A DNA stretch of 64,000 nucleotides from Dehalococcoidia bacterium (GCA_964291495.2 OZ219871.1:1184001-1248000); one strand, 5' to 3'. Positions 19,071-28,851 are shown, counted from the first letter of the stretch. The notes: generated from the sequence alone by a model not told the origin. Made by a program: numbers and translations.

Positions 19071-19613
19071 ATGACCAAGGTCGAGGGCGAGTACGACATC
19101 GAGGCCGTGCGCGCCGAGTGGATCGGCAGGAAGACGCCGCTCTACCACGGCCGCTACCCGGTCGAGTACGACCCGATCCGCCGCTACTGCCACATGGTGG
19201 AGGACGACAACCCGCTGTTCCTCGATCCCGACTACGCGGCGACCACGAAGTGGGGCGGGGTGATCGTCCCGCCGGTGATGACCGACTACTTCGCGGGCGG
19301 CGGCGCCTGGCCCGAGGAGGACGAGCCCGCGCTCATCCTCCAGGTGCCGACGCGCGGCGACCGCACCATCAACCTCAACATCAGCTGGGAGTTCATCCAG
19401 CCCGCCCGCATCGGCGACCGCCTCTCGCGGCAGACGGAGATCGAGGACATCTACCAGAAGCGGACGCGGCTGGACCCGCGCTCGATCTGGATCGCGGCGA
19501 AGACCACGATCTTCAACCAGGACGGCGAGGTCGTCGCGATCGGGCGGAACACGATGGTCGCCCACCGCCGCCCCGAGGAGTTCGCGGCCGAGCTCGAGGG
19601 GAACGGCGAATGA
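19071..19613 (+). CDS. MaoC-like hot-dog dehydratase subunit
   Basis: 'IRRYCHMVEDDNPLFLD...VIVPP'. Confidence 0.82.
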   Translation: MTKVEGEYDIEAVRAEWIGRKTPLYHGRYPVEYDPIRRYCHMVEDDNPLFLDPDYAATTKWGGVIVPPVMTDYFAGGGAWPEEDEPALILQVPTRGDRTINLNISWEFIQPARIGDRLSRQTEIEDIYQKRTRLDPRSIWIAAKTTIFNQDGEVVAIGRNTMVAHRRPEEFAAELEGNGE

Positions 19614-20068
19614 GCGGCGAGCCGCGCGCGCAGCGCTACTGGGACGACGTCAGCGCAGGGGATGACCTCGAGGGCTTCACCTTCACGCTCGGCTGGACGG
19701 AGATGGCGAAGCAGGTCAGCGGCTCGCAGGACTTCCACAAGGTCCACCACGACTTCGAGTTCGCGCGCGAGGGCGGACACGAGACGATCTTCTACAACAC
19801 CGGATTCACGCGCGGCTGCCTGGGGCGCCTGCTGACGGACTGGATGGGTCCGGAGGGCTGGATCAGGACCTTCGGCTTCCAGATGCGGCGCATGAACACG
19901 CCCGGCGACGTGATGTCCGTGAAGGGCCGCGTCCGAGGCAAGGCGGACGGAGACGACCCGGAGACGGGCGTCGTGAACCTCGAGATCTGGATCGAGAACA
20001 CCCGCGAGGGCGTGACGACGCCCGGCACGGCGACGGTGCTGCTGCCGCGGCGCGCTGAGGGGACCTAG
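19610..20068 (+). CDS. MaoC-like hydratase subunit
   Basis: 'DFHKVHHD' hydratase-2 type motif; 4-bp ATGA overlap with the previous gene. Confidence 0.82.
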   Translation: MSGEPRAQRYWDDVSAGDDLEGFTFTLGWTEMAKQVSGSQDFHKVHHDFEFAREGGHETIFYNTGFTRGCLGRLLTDWMGPEGWIRTFGFQMRRMNTPGDVMSVKGRVRGKADGDDPETGVVNLEIWIENTREGVTTPGTATVLLPRRAEGT

Positions 20069-20072
20069 CACG

Positions 20073-20552
20073 ATGGCGAACGCGACCAAGGCCGAGATCG
20101 AGGCGGGCGGCACCTACTTCCCGGAGCCCGTCGCCTACCCCGCCACGATGAACGACGACCTCGACAAGCCGTTCATCGAGGGCACGCAGCGCGGCGAACT
20201 GTGGGTGCAGTACTGCAGCGCCTGCGCGAAGCACCAGTGGGGACCGGAGTGGATCTGCCACGGCTGTCTCACATCCGAGCTCGAGTGGCGGGAGGTGGAG
20301 GGGCGCGGGCGGATCTACTCCTGGGAGCGGGTCTGGCACCCGGTGCACCCCGCGCTCAGGGAGGCTGTGCCCTACGTGGCCGTCGTCGTCGAGCTGCCGG
20401 ACGCCGATGGCATCCGCCTGGTCGGCAACCTGCTCGGCGACCCCGAGGCGGAGGTCGTGATCGGCAGCGCGGTCGAGGCCGTCTACGAGCACCACGCGGA
20501 CGCCGACCCGCCCTACAGCCTCGTCCACTGGTCGCGCATCGAGGACGAGTAG
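20073..20552 (+). CDS. Zn-ribbon/OB-fold DUF35 protein
   Basis: CSAC...CHGC and 'PYVAVVVEL'. Confidence 0.85.
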   Translation: MANATKAEIEAGGTYFPEPVAYPATMNDDLDKPFIEGTQRGELWVQYCSACAKHQWGPEWICHGCLTSELEWREVEGRGRIYSWERVWHPVHPALREAVPYVAVVVELPDADGIRLVGNLLGDPEAEVVIGSAVEAVYEHHADADPPYSLVHWSRIEDE

Positions 20553-20562
20553 CAACCACTGT

Positions 20563-20597
20563 CCCCTCTCCCTCGGGGAGAGGGTCAGGGTGAGAGG
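20563..20597. repeat. REP-like palindrome, family A (reverse orientation)
   Basis: ccctctccctcggggagagggtcagggtgagag, intergenic within the operon. Confidence 0.8.
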
Positions 20598-20605
20598 AGC
20601 GAGGC

Positions 20606-21766
20606 ATGGACTTCCAGATGCCCGATGACGTCGTCGAGTTCCGCGAGCAGATCCACGACTTCATCCGCCGTCACCGCACGCCGGAGCTGGAGGCGGAGAT
20701 CGCCGGCCACCACGTGCACGGCTACGGCCCCGCCGCCGAGACGTTCCTGCAGGCGCTCGCCGACGAGGGCCTGCCCTCGGTCGCCTGGCCCGAGGAGTAC
20801 GGCGGCCGCGGCAAGGGCGCGCTCTACCTCTGGATCCTCTCCGAGGAGCTGGCGCGCGAGGGCATGCCCTGGGACACGCTCACCTACAACTCCGTCAGCC
20901 CGACGATCATGCGCCACGGCAGCGAGGAGCAGCGGCGCGACATCCTGCCGAAGGTGCTCTCGGGCGAGATCCGCTTCGCCCTCGGCTACACCGAGCCGAA
21001 CGCCGGGACGGACCTCGCCTCGCTGCAGACCCGCGCCGTCCGCGACGGCGACGAGTGGGTGATCAACGGCCAGAAGATCTACACCTCCTCGGCGCACCTC
21101 GCGACGCACGTCTGGCTCGCCGCGCGCACCGACCCGGACGCGCCGAAGCACCGCGGCATCTCCACCTTCGTGGTGCCGCTCAGCACGCCCGGCATCACCG
21201 TGCGCCCGCTCTGGGTGATGGGCGAGGGCCGCACCAACGAGACGTTCTACGAGAACGTGCGCATTCCCGCCGACGCGCTCGTCGGCGAGGAGAACCGCGG
21301 CTGGTACATCGTCACGGGCGCGCTCGACCTCGAGCGCGTCGCGATCGGCACCTACCGCCCGCTCGAGCGCAGGGTGCAGAACATCATCTCCTACCTCGTG
21401 GCCGAGCGCAGCGACCTGCTGGACGACCCGGCCACGCGCATGGCCGTCGCCGAGGCCTCGATGCGCGTCGAGGTGGGGCGCGCGCTGGCGACCAACAACG
21501 CGGCGATGGTGCACAACGACCTGGTGCCGACGATGGAGGCGGCGATGTCCAAGATCTGGAAGGGCGACTCCAGCGAGCGCATCCACGACGCCTTCATGGA
21601 CATCCTCGGCCGCAGCGGCGGGCTGCACGAATCGAACGAGGACGCCCCGCTCGGCGGCATGCTCGAGGCGGGGTGGCGCAGCGACCCGCCCGGCCGCTTC
21701 GCCGGCGGCACCAACGACATCCAGCGCCGCGTGATCGCCACGCGCGGCCTGCAGCTGCCGCGATAG
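20606..21766 (+). CDS. Acyl-CoA dehydrogenase (alpha-type subunit)
   Basis: 'GYTEPNAGTDLASL', 'NGQKIYTS' and 'GGTNDIQR'. Confidence 0.92.
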   Translation: MDFQMPDDVVEFREQIHDFIRRHRTPELEAEIAGHHVHGYGPAAETFLQALADEGLPSVAWPEEYGGRGKGALYLWILSEELAREGMPWDTLTYNSVSPTIMRHGSEEQRRDILPKVLSGEIRFALGYTEPNAGTDLASLQTRAVRDGDEWVINGQKIYTSSAHLATHVWLAARTDPDAPKHRGISTFVVPLSTPGITVRPLWVMGEGRTNETFYENVRIPADALVGEENRGWYIVTGALDLERVAIGTYRPLERRVQNIISYLVAERSDLLDDPATRMAVAEASMRVEVGRALATNNAAMVHNDLVPTMEAAMSKIWKGDSSERIHDAFMDILGRSGGLHESNEDAPLGGMLEAGWRSDPPGRFAGGTNDIQRRVIATRGLQLPR

Positions 21767-21776
21767 GAGGCGCACG

Positions 21777-22862
21777 ATGGACCTCCGACCGAGCGAGCTG
21801 CAGGACATCCTGCGGACCAACGCCGAGGACTTCTTCGAGCGCGAGGTCAGCTTCGAGCGGATCCGCGAGATCGAGGCGGCGAACCGGCCCGACGAGCAGC
21901 TGCACGGCCAGATGACGGAGCTGGGCTGGAACTCGCTGGCGATCTCCGAGGAGTACGGGGGCCAGGGCGGGACCGTGCTCGACGCGGGCGTGCTGATCAC
22001 GCAGATCTGCCGCGCCGCGCTGCCCTCCCCGCTCGCCAGCACGCTCGTAGGCGCGGTCACGATCGAGCGGCACGGCGACGAGGAGTTGAAGACCTCGCTC
22101 CTCCCGCAGCTCAACAACGGGCTCACGATCTCGCCGGCGCTACTCGAGGCCTCGGACTCGCTCTACGGGCCGGTCACGGCGGAGTACGCCGATGGCACGG
22201 TCACGGGCGAGAAGCGCTTCGTCGAGTTCGGCGAAACCAGCGACGTGCACCTCGTCGCCGCGATGCATGACGGCGCGCCGGGCCTCGCCGTCGTACGGCG
22301 CGACCAGCCGGGCGTCTCGACGCGCGACACGCGCACCATCGGCGCGCTGCCGCAGGCGGCCGTCCACTACGACGGCGCGGCGGCCGAGGCCTGGCTCGAG
22401 GGCGCGGACGCCCTCGATTCGATGCGCTGCCTCGGCGCGGCGGTGGCCGCGTTCGAGACCTACTGCTACACGCAGAAGGCGCTCGACCTGACGGTCGACT
22501 ACGTGCAGATGCGGGTGCAGTTCGGGCAGCCGATCGGCGCGTTCCAGATGGTGCAGATGCGCAGCGCGGACATGGCGACGATCGTCGAGGGCTCCCGCTT
22601 CCTCGTGCACGAGCTGCTGTGGCAGATCGACGAGGGCCTCGAGACGCGCCGCCAGGTCGCGGTCGTCAAGGCGATCACGGCGAAGATGGCGCCGCAGGTC
22701 CTGCAGGACTGCCACCTGCTGCACGGCGGCATCGGCTACATGCAGGAGTACGACCTGCACTTCTTCACGCGTCGCGGCCGTGACGCCGCACTGCGCTGGG
22801 GCAGCGCCCGCGAGACGATGAACATCGTCACAGAGGAGGCCTTCGCCGCTGCCTCGGCATAG
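21777..22862 (+). CDS. Acyl-CoA dehydrogenase (beta-type subunit)
   Basis: 'RVQFGQPIGAFQ' and 'HGGIGY'; degenerate N-terminal half typical of the partner subunit. Confidence 0.85.
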   Translation: MDLRPSELQDILRTNAEDFFEREVSFERIREIEAANRPDEQLHGQMTELGWNSLAISEEYGGQGGTVLDAGVLITQICRAALPSPLASTLVGAVTIERHGDEELKTSLLPQLNNGLTISPALLEASDSLYGPVTAEYADGTVTGEKRFVEFGETSDVHLVAAMHDGAPGLAVVRRDQPGVSTRDTRTIGALPQAAVHYDGAAAEAWLEGADALDSMRCLGAAVAAFETYCYTQKALDLTVDYVQMRVQFGQPIGAFQMVQMRSADMATIVEGSRFLVHELLWQIDEGLETRRQVAVVKAITAKMAPQVLQDCHLLHGGIGYMQEYDLHFFTRRGRDAALRWGSARETMNIVTEEAFAAASA

Positions 22863-22894
22863 CCGGGCGGGCGGGGGGCTGTCTCGACCGTCCG

Positions 22895-23758
22895 CTAGTT
22901 CCCGTACGAGACGTGGGCCGCCTTCATGAGATCCTGAAGTTCAGGCTCATGATCGTCTATGTCGCTCGCCGTCAGCCGCATCCGATAGTTCTGCCAACGG
23001 ACGTCATAGGGCAACATCCCAAGCCCCGACTGTTCTAGCCGCTCTGTCCACTCGTCGGAGCGGGGGATTGAGAACTCCGCAACTACATGCTGCTTGCGCG
23101 GCCTAAAGATCACAAAGTTCTTGGTCACGCCGTGACTCGCTAATCCGATGTAGTACTTGTTGTACTTCGCTTGAAGCCCCGGCTCGATGGTCTGAACCAT
23201 GCGTGCGATCATCCGGTCGACGAGTTGAACGGAACTCGGCGAGGCCCTCTGTTCCCAGTAGCCCCGATCGACGATCTCCCCTTCGTCTTCCTCATCGGTC
23301 CCGAGCGTCATGACATCCAACACTCGCGTCGATACGACTGTGAAGGCCCCATTGACCTCGAGTCCCTGTATCTGGATTGCGATGAGGGGGATAAACCCGT
23401 TGAACAGACTCACGACATTGAGGAAGCGGCTCGTGATGTCCTCGGCAACAATGACGGCGACGTGATCGTATTGGGGGTAGCGACGCTTTTCGAGGTCCCA
23501 GTACTCAATGGTGCGGATGATGTGGGACTCGTCGAGCGAGCCGAGTTGGAGTTCGACCACGTACCGGACATGCGTTTCGGGATCGGCAAGCAGCAGATCG
23601 AGCCTGCCCGCTCGCGGCTGGCGTCGCTCCACCGCCCGCACCTCGAGGTCACCCAGTCCGAGCAAGCTGGGGTCGTTCTTGACTAGTTCTTGTAACTCCT
23701 GCTCGGAAAAGTCAGGATTGCCGCGCAAGTTGACACGCTTGGCTTTATGGAACTCCAT
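22895..23758 (-). CDS. PD-(D/E)xK nuclease-like protein (NucS/RecB-like N-terminus), lower GC
   Basis: 'EQELQ...GRLDLL...YVVELQ' pattern; visibly more A/T-ending codons than the flanking genes. Confidence 0.65.
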   Translation of the reverse strand: MEFHKAKRVNLRGNPDFSEQELQELVKNDPSLLGLGDLEVRAVERRQPRAGRLDLLLADPETHVRYVVELQLGSLDESHIIRTIEYWDLEKRRYPQYDHVAVIVAEDITSRFLNVVSLFNGFIPLIAIQIQGLEVNGAFTVVSTRVLDVMTLGTDEEDEGEIVDRGYWEQRASPSSVQLVDRMIARMVQTIEPGLQAKYNKYYIGLASHGVTKNFVIFRPRKQHVVAEFSIPRSDEWTERLEQSGLGMLPYDVRWQNYRMRLTASDIDDHEPELQDLMKAAHVSYGN

Positions 23759-23882
23759 GGGACTCCCCCTTGTGGAGCAGCATTGTAGGTCCCCGGGGGA
23801 GGGGCGTGGACACGATACCGGCGTCGCTGGTACGTAAAGACGTTTGCGGCGGCAGCAAAGCCCCTCGGCGGCCTCGGGCGAA

Positions 23883-24710
23883 TCAGCCGAGCTCTTGCGC
23901 GGTCCGGTCGCCCGCGTCGTAGTCGGCGAACATGTCGTCATAGTGCTCCTGCAGCACGTCGCGGGCGTCCGGGTGGGTGAAGATGAAGCGGCGGTTCTCG
24001 CGGGCGCCCTGCAGCAGGCGAGGGATGAACGCCTCCGGGGGCGGCGCCTCGATCCGGGGCGCCGCGAAGTCATCGTCCGGCCCCCCGTAGCGCTGCTGAC
24101 GGACGCGCACGGCCCGGCGGATCTGCGTGTCCATGCGGCTCGGGCACCAGCAGGAGACGCCGATGCCCTCGGCCGCCAGCTCGTGGCGCAGCACGTTCGA
24201 GTAGCCGACGACGGCGTGCTTCGTGGCGGTGTAGACGCCGTTGACGTTCTGCCGTCCGACGAGGCCGGACATCGAGGAGGTGAGCACGATCTGCGCGGGC
24301 CCCTCCTGCTCACGCAGCAGCGGCAGGAACGCCTGCACGCTGTGGATCACGCCCCAGAGGTTGACCCCGAGGATCCACTCCCAGTCCTCGCTGGTCGCCT
24401 CGACCAGCGGCGCGTTCCTCATCACCCCGGCGTTCTCGAAGAGCACCAGCCCGCTGCGCTCCGCGCCGAATGCGGCGCGCGTGCGCTCGGCCAGAGCGTC
24501 GAGCGAGGCGCGCTCGGCGACGTCCGTCTGCACCGCGATCGCCTCGCCGCCGCCCTCGCGGATCGCCGCGGCGACGGCTTCGCCGGCCTCGCCGTCGATG
24601 TCCGCGACAACGACGCGCATGCCGTCCGCCGCGCAGGCATGGGCGAGCGCCCGGCCCGCGCCGCCGCCCGCGCCCGTCACCACCGCCACGCAGCCCACGA
24701 AGTTGTGCAT
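23883..24710 (-). CDS. Short-chain dehydrogenase/reductase
   Basis: TGAGGGAG, ENAG and YTATK motifs. Confidence 0.88.
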   Translation of the reverse strand: MHNFVGCVAVVTGAGGGAGRALAHACAADGMRVVVADIDGEAGEAVAAAIREGGGEAIAVQTDVAERASLDALAERTRAAFGAERSGLVLFENAGVMRNAPLVEATSEDWEWILGVNLWGVIHSVQAFLPLLREQEGPAQIVLTSSMSGLVGRQNVNGVYTATKHAVVGYSNVLRHELAAEGIGVSCWCPSRMDTQIRRAVRVRQQRYGGPDDDFAAPRIEAPPPEAFIPRLLQGARENRRFIFTHPDARDVLQEHYDDMFADYDAGDRTAQELG

Positions 24711-24751
24711 CGACCCACCTCCACTCACGGAGCCGAGCCTACGACCTTTCC

Positions 24752-24999
24752 CCCTCGCGCTCACCCTCGCTCACAGGGGAGAGAGGCGCGCCGCCGCCGC
24801 ATCGACTGGATTCCGGCTTTCGCCGGAATGACGGGAAGGGTAGGGCGGAATGCCACAAGCCCGATCCGGCCCCTCTCCCTGGGGAGAGGGCGGGGGTGAG
24901 GGGGAGGACTCCCGCGCCCCCTTCGAGAGCCCCGACGGCGCAAAGAAACTCCAGAGGCGGATCCTCCCTCACCCTGACCCTCTCCCGCGGGGAGAGGGG
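24752..24999. repeat. Composite REP cluster: degenerate family A (24752-24786), hairpin family B (24806-24833), inverted pair of family A (24870-24903 and 24966-24999)
   Basis: Read directly. Family B is ctggATTCCGGC-tttc-GCCGGAATgacg. Confidence 0.8.
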
Positions 25000-25023
25000 A
25001 CCGGAGGGGAGGAGGGGCGCCGT

Positions 25024-25850
25024 CTAGCGGCCCTCGAAGTGGGGGTCGCGACGCTCGAGGAAGGAGCGGAAGCCCTCCTGCGCGTCCTCGCTGCCGAGCA
25101 GGCCGAGCTGGGTGGTCCACTCGTACTCGAGGAAGTGGGACATCGGCAGCTCGCTCGCGCGCATCAGCATGCGCCGCACGCCGGTGTAGGCGAGCGGCGG
25201 TCCGGCGGCGATCTCGCGGGCGTAGCCGAGCGCGCGCTCCAGCAGATCGTCGTCCGGGACGACCTCGGTGGCGAGGCCCAACTCCAGACAGCGCGCGGCG
25301 TCGACCAGGTCGCCGCTGTAGAGCAACTCGACGGCGCGCGCGTGGCCGACGATGCGCGGCAGCCAGTAGGCCGCGCCGTAGTCCGCGGCGAGCCGCGCTG
25401 GATGAAGACCGACCCCATGCGCGCCGATTCGCCGAGGAAGCGCACGTCGCAGCAGAGCGCGAGGCCGAAGCCCGCTCCGACGGCCGCGCCGTTGACCGCC
25501 GCGACGATTGGCACGTCGCAGCGCGCGAGCGTCTCCGCCAGCTCGCCGGAGAGCCCGCGGCGGTCCATCCGGTGCTGGCGCGGAGCGTCCCCGCCCTCCT
25601 GCGCGGCGAGGTCGCCGAGATCTGCGCCCGCGCAGAAGCCGCGGCCCTCGCCGGTGATTACCAGCGCATGCACCTCGTCGCTCTCGTTCGCCTCGGCGAC
25701 GGCGTCGAGCAGCAGCTCGACGGCGTGCCCGTTGAGCGCGTTCATCGCCTGCGGGCGGTTGAGGCGGGCGAGCAGCACGCCGTCCTCGATCGAGGTCAGC
25801 AGCGGCGCTTCCTCCGTGCCGTCGGGCGGATCCGTCGTCCGTGCCACCAT
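25024..25850 (-). pseudogene. Crotonase-family gene split by a 1-nt frameshift near 25392 (pseudogene or assembly error)
   Basis: N-half 'NALN...FCAGADL...AVNGAAVGAG...SVFIQRG' is in one frame; C-half 'LAADYGAAYWLPRIVG...FLERRDPHFEGR' is in another. Confidence 0.8.
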
Positions 25851-25962
25851 CTCGCTGCTCCTTGCCGGTCTCGGCCCTCGCGCGGGGCCACCTCGCTGGA
25901 GTCTGCGCCACGCCGGGCCGCAGCGCCATCCGCTATGCTCGCGCGGCGCGAAGGGAGCCGAC

Positions 25963-27105
25963 ATGAAGATCGGCGTCCACCTCAACTTCCAGAACTACGG
26001 CGACTGGGAACGCTACGAGGCGCGGTCGAACGCGCCGCAGGCCGTCACCGACCAGCAGATCTACGAGGAAGACCTGCATCTCGCCTCGCTCATCGAGCCG
26101 CTCGGCTACGACTCCTACTGGACGATCGACCACCACTTCTCGCCCTACATCATGACCGGCGGGGCGATGCAGCACCTGACCTACATGGCCGGGGCGACGG
26201 AGCGGATCGACTTCGGGACGATGGTGATCGTGCTGCCCTGGTACGACCCGGTGATCGTCGCCGAGCAGATCTCGGTGCTCGACAACATGCTGCAGGGGCG
26301 CAAGCTGACGATCGGCCTCGGACGCGGGGCGGCGCAGCGCGAGTTCGACGCCTACCGCATCCCGATGGGCGAGTCGCGCGACCGCTTCATGGAGTCGCTC
26401 GCGATCCTGCGCAAGGCGCTGACGCGCGAGTGGTGGAGCCACGAGGGCGACTTCTACTCGATCCCGGAGACGACGATCCGCCCGCGTCCGCGCAACGGGC
26501 CCGAGATCGTCGAGAACCTGAAGGTCGCCTGGGTCAGCCCTGAGACACTGGAGATCGCGGCCAACGCCGGCCTCGGCGTGCTGATGACGAACCAGAAGAG
26601 CTGGGACGAGTACCGCGAGGAGCTCGGCCAGTTCAACACGATCCGCCGCGACCGCGGCTGGGCGCCCGTGCAGCCCACCACGGTCGCGAACCTCGCCTGT
26701 TTCGAGACGGAGGAGGAGGCCTGGAGCATCATCCTGGAGGCGGTGACGCAGGCGCAGATCAGCAACAACAACCACTACCAGTTCGCGGACAGCTCGATCT
26801 TCAAGGCGGCCACGGGCTACAGCTACTACGAGAACTTCGAGAAGACCTTCAAGCGCAAGACGACCGAGGAGATCGGCGAGTTCAACGCGCGCCCGCAGGC
26901 CTGGGGCACGCCCGAGCAGGTGCTGCAGAAGCTGATCGACATTCGCGACAAGACCAGCGCCGAGGAGATCATCCTCAACGCCCGCTACGGCGGCATGTCC
27001 GCCGAGCACGCCGAGCGCAGCCTGCGGCTCTTCGCCAGGGAGGTGCTGCCGAAGCTGCAGGAGCTCGACGCGCCGCTCTCGCCCGAGGTGGCCGGGCTGG
27101 CGTAG
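25963..27105 (+). CDS. LLM class flavin-dependent oxidoreductase
   Basis: 'WTIDHHF', 'GLGRG' and 'GTPEQV'; start re-set to MKIGVH. Confidence 0.9.
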   Translation: MKIGVHLNFQNYGDWERYEARSNAPQAVTDQQIYEEDLHLASLIEPLGYDSYWTIDHHFSPYIMTGGAMQHLTYMAGATERIDFGTMVIVLPWYDPVIVAEQISVLDNMLQGRKLTIGLGRGAAQREFDAYRIPMGESRDRFMESLAILRKALTREWWSHEGDFYSIPETTIRPRPRNGPEIVENLKVAWVSPETLEIAANAGLGVLMTNQKSWDEYREELGQFNTIRRDRGWAPVQPTTVANLACFETEEEAWSIILEAVTQAQISNNNHYQFADSSIFKAATGYSYYENFEKTFKRKTTEEIGEFNARPQAWGTPEQVLQKLIDIRDKTSAEEIILNARYGGMSAEHAERSLRLFAREVLPKLQELDAPLSPEVAGLA

Positions 27106-27174
27106 CGAGCCCCGCCCAGACACGAGGGAGGCAGCAACGGGACCGGCGCCCCCGCGCCGGACCGGGGGGACGAC

Positions 27175-28023
27175 GTGGAACAGCTGGAGGGTGGCACGGC
27201 GGTCATCACCGGCGGAGCCAGCGGCATCGGCCTCGGGATCGCCCGCGCCGCAGCCGGCGAGGGCATGCACGTCGTGATCGCCGACATCGAGGCGGGTCCG
27301 GGCAGGGAGGCCGCCGCCGCGGTCGCGGCGACGGGCGCGCGTTCGCTCTTCGTCCGGACGAACGTGATGGATCCCGACTCCGTCGAGGCGCTCGCCGACC
27401 TCGCCTTCTCCGAGTTCGGACGCGTCGATCTGCTGTGCAACAACGCGGGCGTACACCACCCCGGCCTCTTCAGCGAGACGAGCCGGCAGGACTGGCGCTG
27501 GCTGCTCGGCGTCAACCTCGAGGGCGTGGTCCACGGACTGCTTGCCTTCCTGCCGCGGATGCGGGAGCAGGGCGGCGAGTCGCACATCGTCAACACCTCC
27601 TCGCTCGCCGGCCTGGCGCCGTTGCCCGGCGGCGCCGCCTATACGACGAGCAAGTTCGCGGTCACGGGCCTGACCGAGGTCCTGCGCCGCGAGCTTGCCC
27701 CGCACCGGATCGGCGTCTCGCTGCTCTGCCCTGGCCCGGTGAACACCAGAATCGGCAGCTCGGCCCGCAATCGCCGGGGCGCCCTCGGCGACGACGGCGA
27801 GGACAGCGGAGAGACGGCCGACAGCAATGCGCAGGCCGATGTCGAGGCGGTGACCGCCCGCGGGATGGACCCGGACCTCGTGGGGCGGCTGGTGATGGCC
27901 GGTGTACGCGCGAACGACCGCTACATCCTCCCCCACCCGGAGTGGCGGGATGCCATCGAAGCGCGGATGACGCGCCTGCTGCAGGGCTTCGATCGCGCCG
28001 AGGAGATGCTCGACAGCCTGTAG
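27175..28023 (+). CDS. Short-chain dehydrogenase/reductase
   Basis: TGGASGIG, NNAG and YTTSK motifs. Confidence 0.9.
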   Translation: MEQLEGGTAVITGGASGIGLGIARAAAGEGMHVVIADIEAGPGREAAAAVAATGARSLFVRTNVMDPDSVEALADLAFSEFGRVDLLCNNAGVHHPGLFSETSRQDWRWLLGVNLEGVVHGLLAFLPRMREQGGESHIVNTSSLAGLAPLPGGAAYTTSKFAVTGLTEVLRRELAPHRIGVSLLCPGPVNTRIGSSARNRRGALGDDGEDSGETADSNAQADVEAVTARGMDPDLVGRLVMAGVRANDRYILPHPEWRDAIEARMTRLLQGFDRAEEMLDSL

Positions 28024-28038
28024 CGCGACGGCGGTCGC

Positions 28039-28851
28039 TCAGCTCCGGCAGCCGACGCCGTCCCCGTCGCGGTCGAGTTGGTGCGGGTCCGGCGGCAGCA
28101 CGCGGATGTCGCGGTACTCGATATCGCCGCAGTTGAGGTCCGGCGGCGGCGGCGGGATGCAGACGTCGGGGTAGGCATCGTCGCACCCGTCCCTGGAACT
28201 CGCGGCGCCAGCGTCAATGTCGTCCGCGCCATCTTCCGTCTCGCACGCGGTCCAGAGGCCGGCGCCAGCCGCGCGGGCGCGCGCCTCGGCCTCGCGGAGG
28301 CGCTGCTCGTGCTGCTCCATGTCTCCCGAGTCGAAGAGCCTCGCGTAGCCGCCCTCGAGCAGCAGCTCGTTCAGCATCCGCCCGTCGTCGAGGTAGACGT
28401 AGCGCAGCAGGCGGCCGAAGGCGTCCTTGTCCGTGGCATCGCGCTCCAGGCGCACCTCGGAGCCCTCCGGCAGCAGCGAGGAGACGTACTCGCTCGCCTC
28501 CGGTCCGTAGCATTCCGTGGGGCGCAGCTCGGGCGTGTCGACCAGCAGCAGCCGCACGCGCCGCGTCTCATCCCAGATCATCACATCGATCGTGTCGCCA
28601 TCGACGACGCGGGCGACCGGAACGGTCCCGGTCGTCGAGGGCGGCTCGACGACCCAGCGCTCGATGAAGCGCTCGTTGACGAAGTCGGGCGCGGCCGGGA
28701 AGTAGCCATGCCACTCGCCGTCCTCGTCCTGCACCCAGACGGAGCGCGCGCCATCGAGATCGAGCATGAGCCCCGGCGCGGAGGCGCGCGCGTCGACGGC
28801 GGCGACGAACAGGAAGACCGCCGCGAGCAGCGCGAGCGCGAGTCGCCTCAT
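28039..28851 (-). CDS. Secreted thermonuclease (SNase) with C-terminal Cys/Asp-rich Excalibur-like Ca-binding domain
   Basis: Signal peptide; 'VVDGDT', 'RVRLL.VDTPE' and 'GRLLRYV'; tail 'CIPPPPPDLNC...LDRDGDGVGC'. Confidence 0.85.
   Translation of the reverse strand: MRRLALALLAAVFLFVAAVDARASAPGLMLDLDGARSVWVQDEDGEWHGYFPAAPDFVNERFIERWVVEPPSTTGTVPVARVVDGDTIDVMIWDETRRVRLLLVDTPELRPTECYGPEASEYVSSLLPEGSEVRLERDATDKDAFGRLLRYVYLDDGRMLNELLLEGGYARLFDSGDMEQHEQRLREAEARARAAGAGLWTACETEDGADDIDAGAASSRDGCDDAYPDVCIPPPPPDLNCGDIEYRDIRVLPPDPHQLDRDGDGVGCRS

Noticed and set aside
24850-27105. Apparent N-terminal extensions or fusions on the ORFs starting at 24850, 43215, 57267 and 3120
   Set aside because: The extensions run antisense through neighbouring genes; the family-like sequence begins at internal starts.
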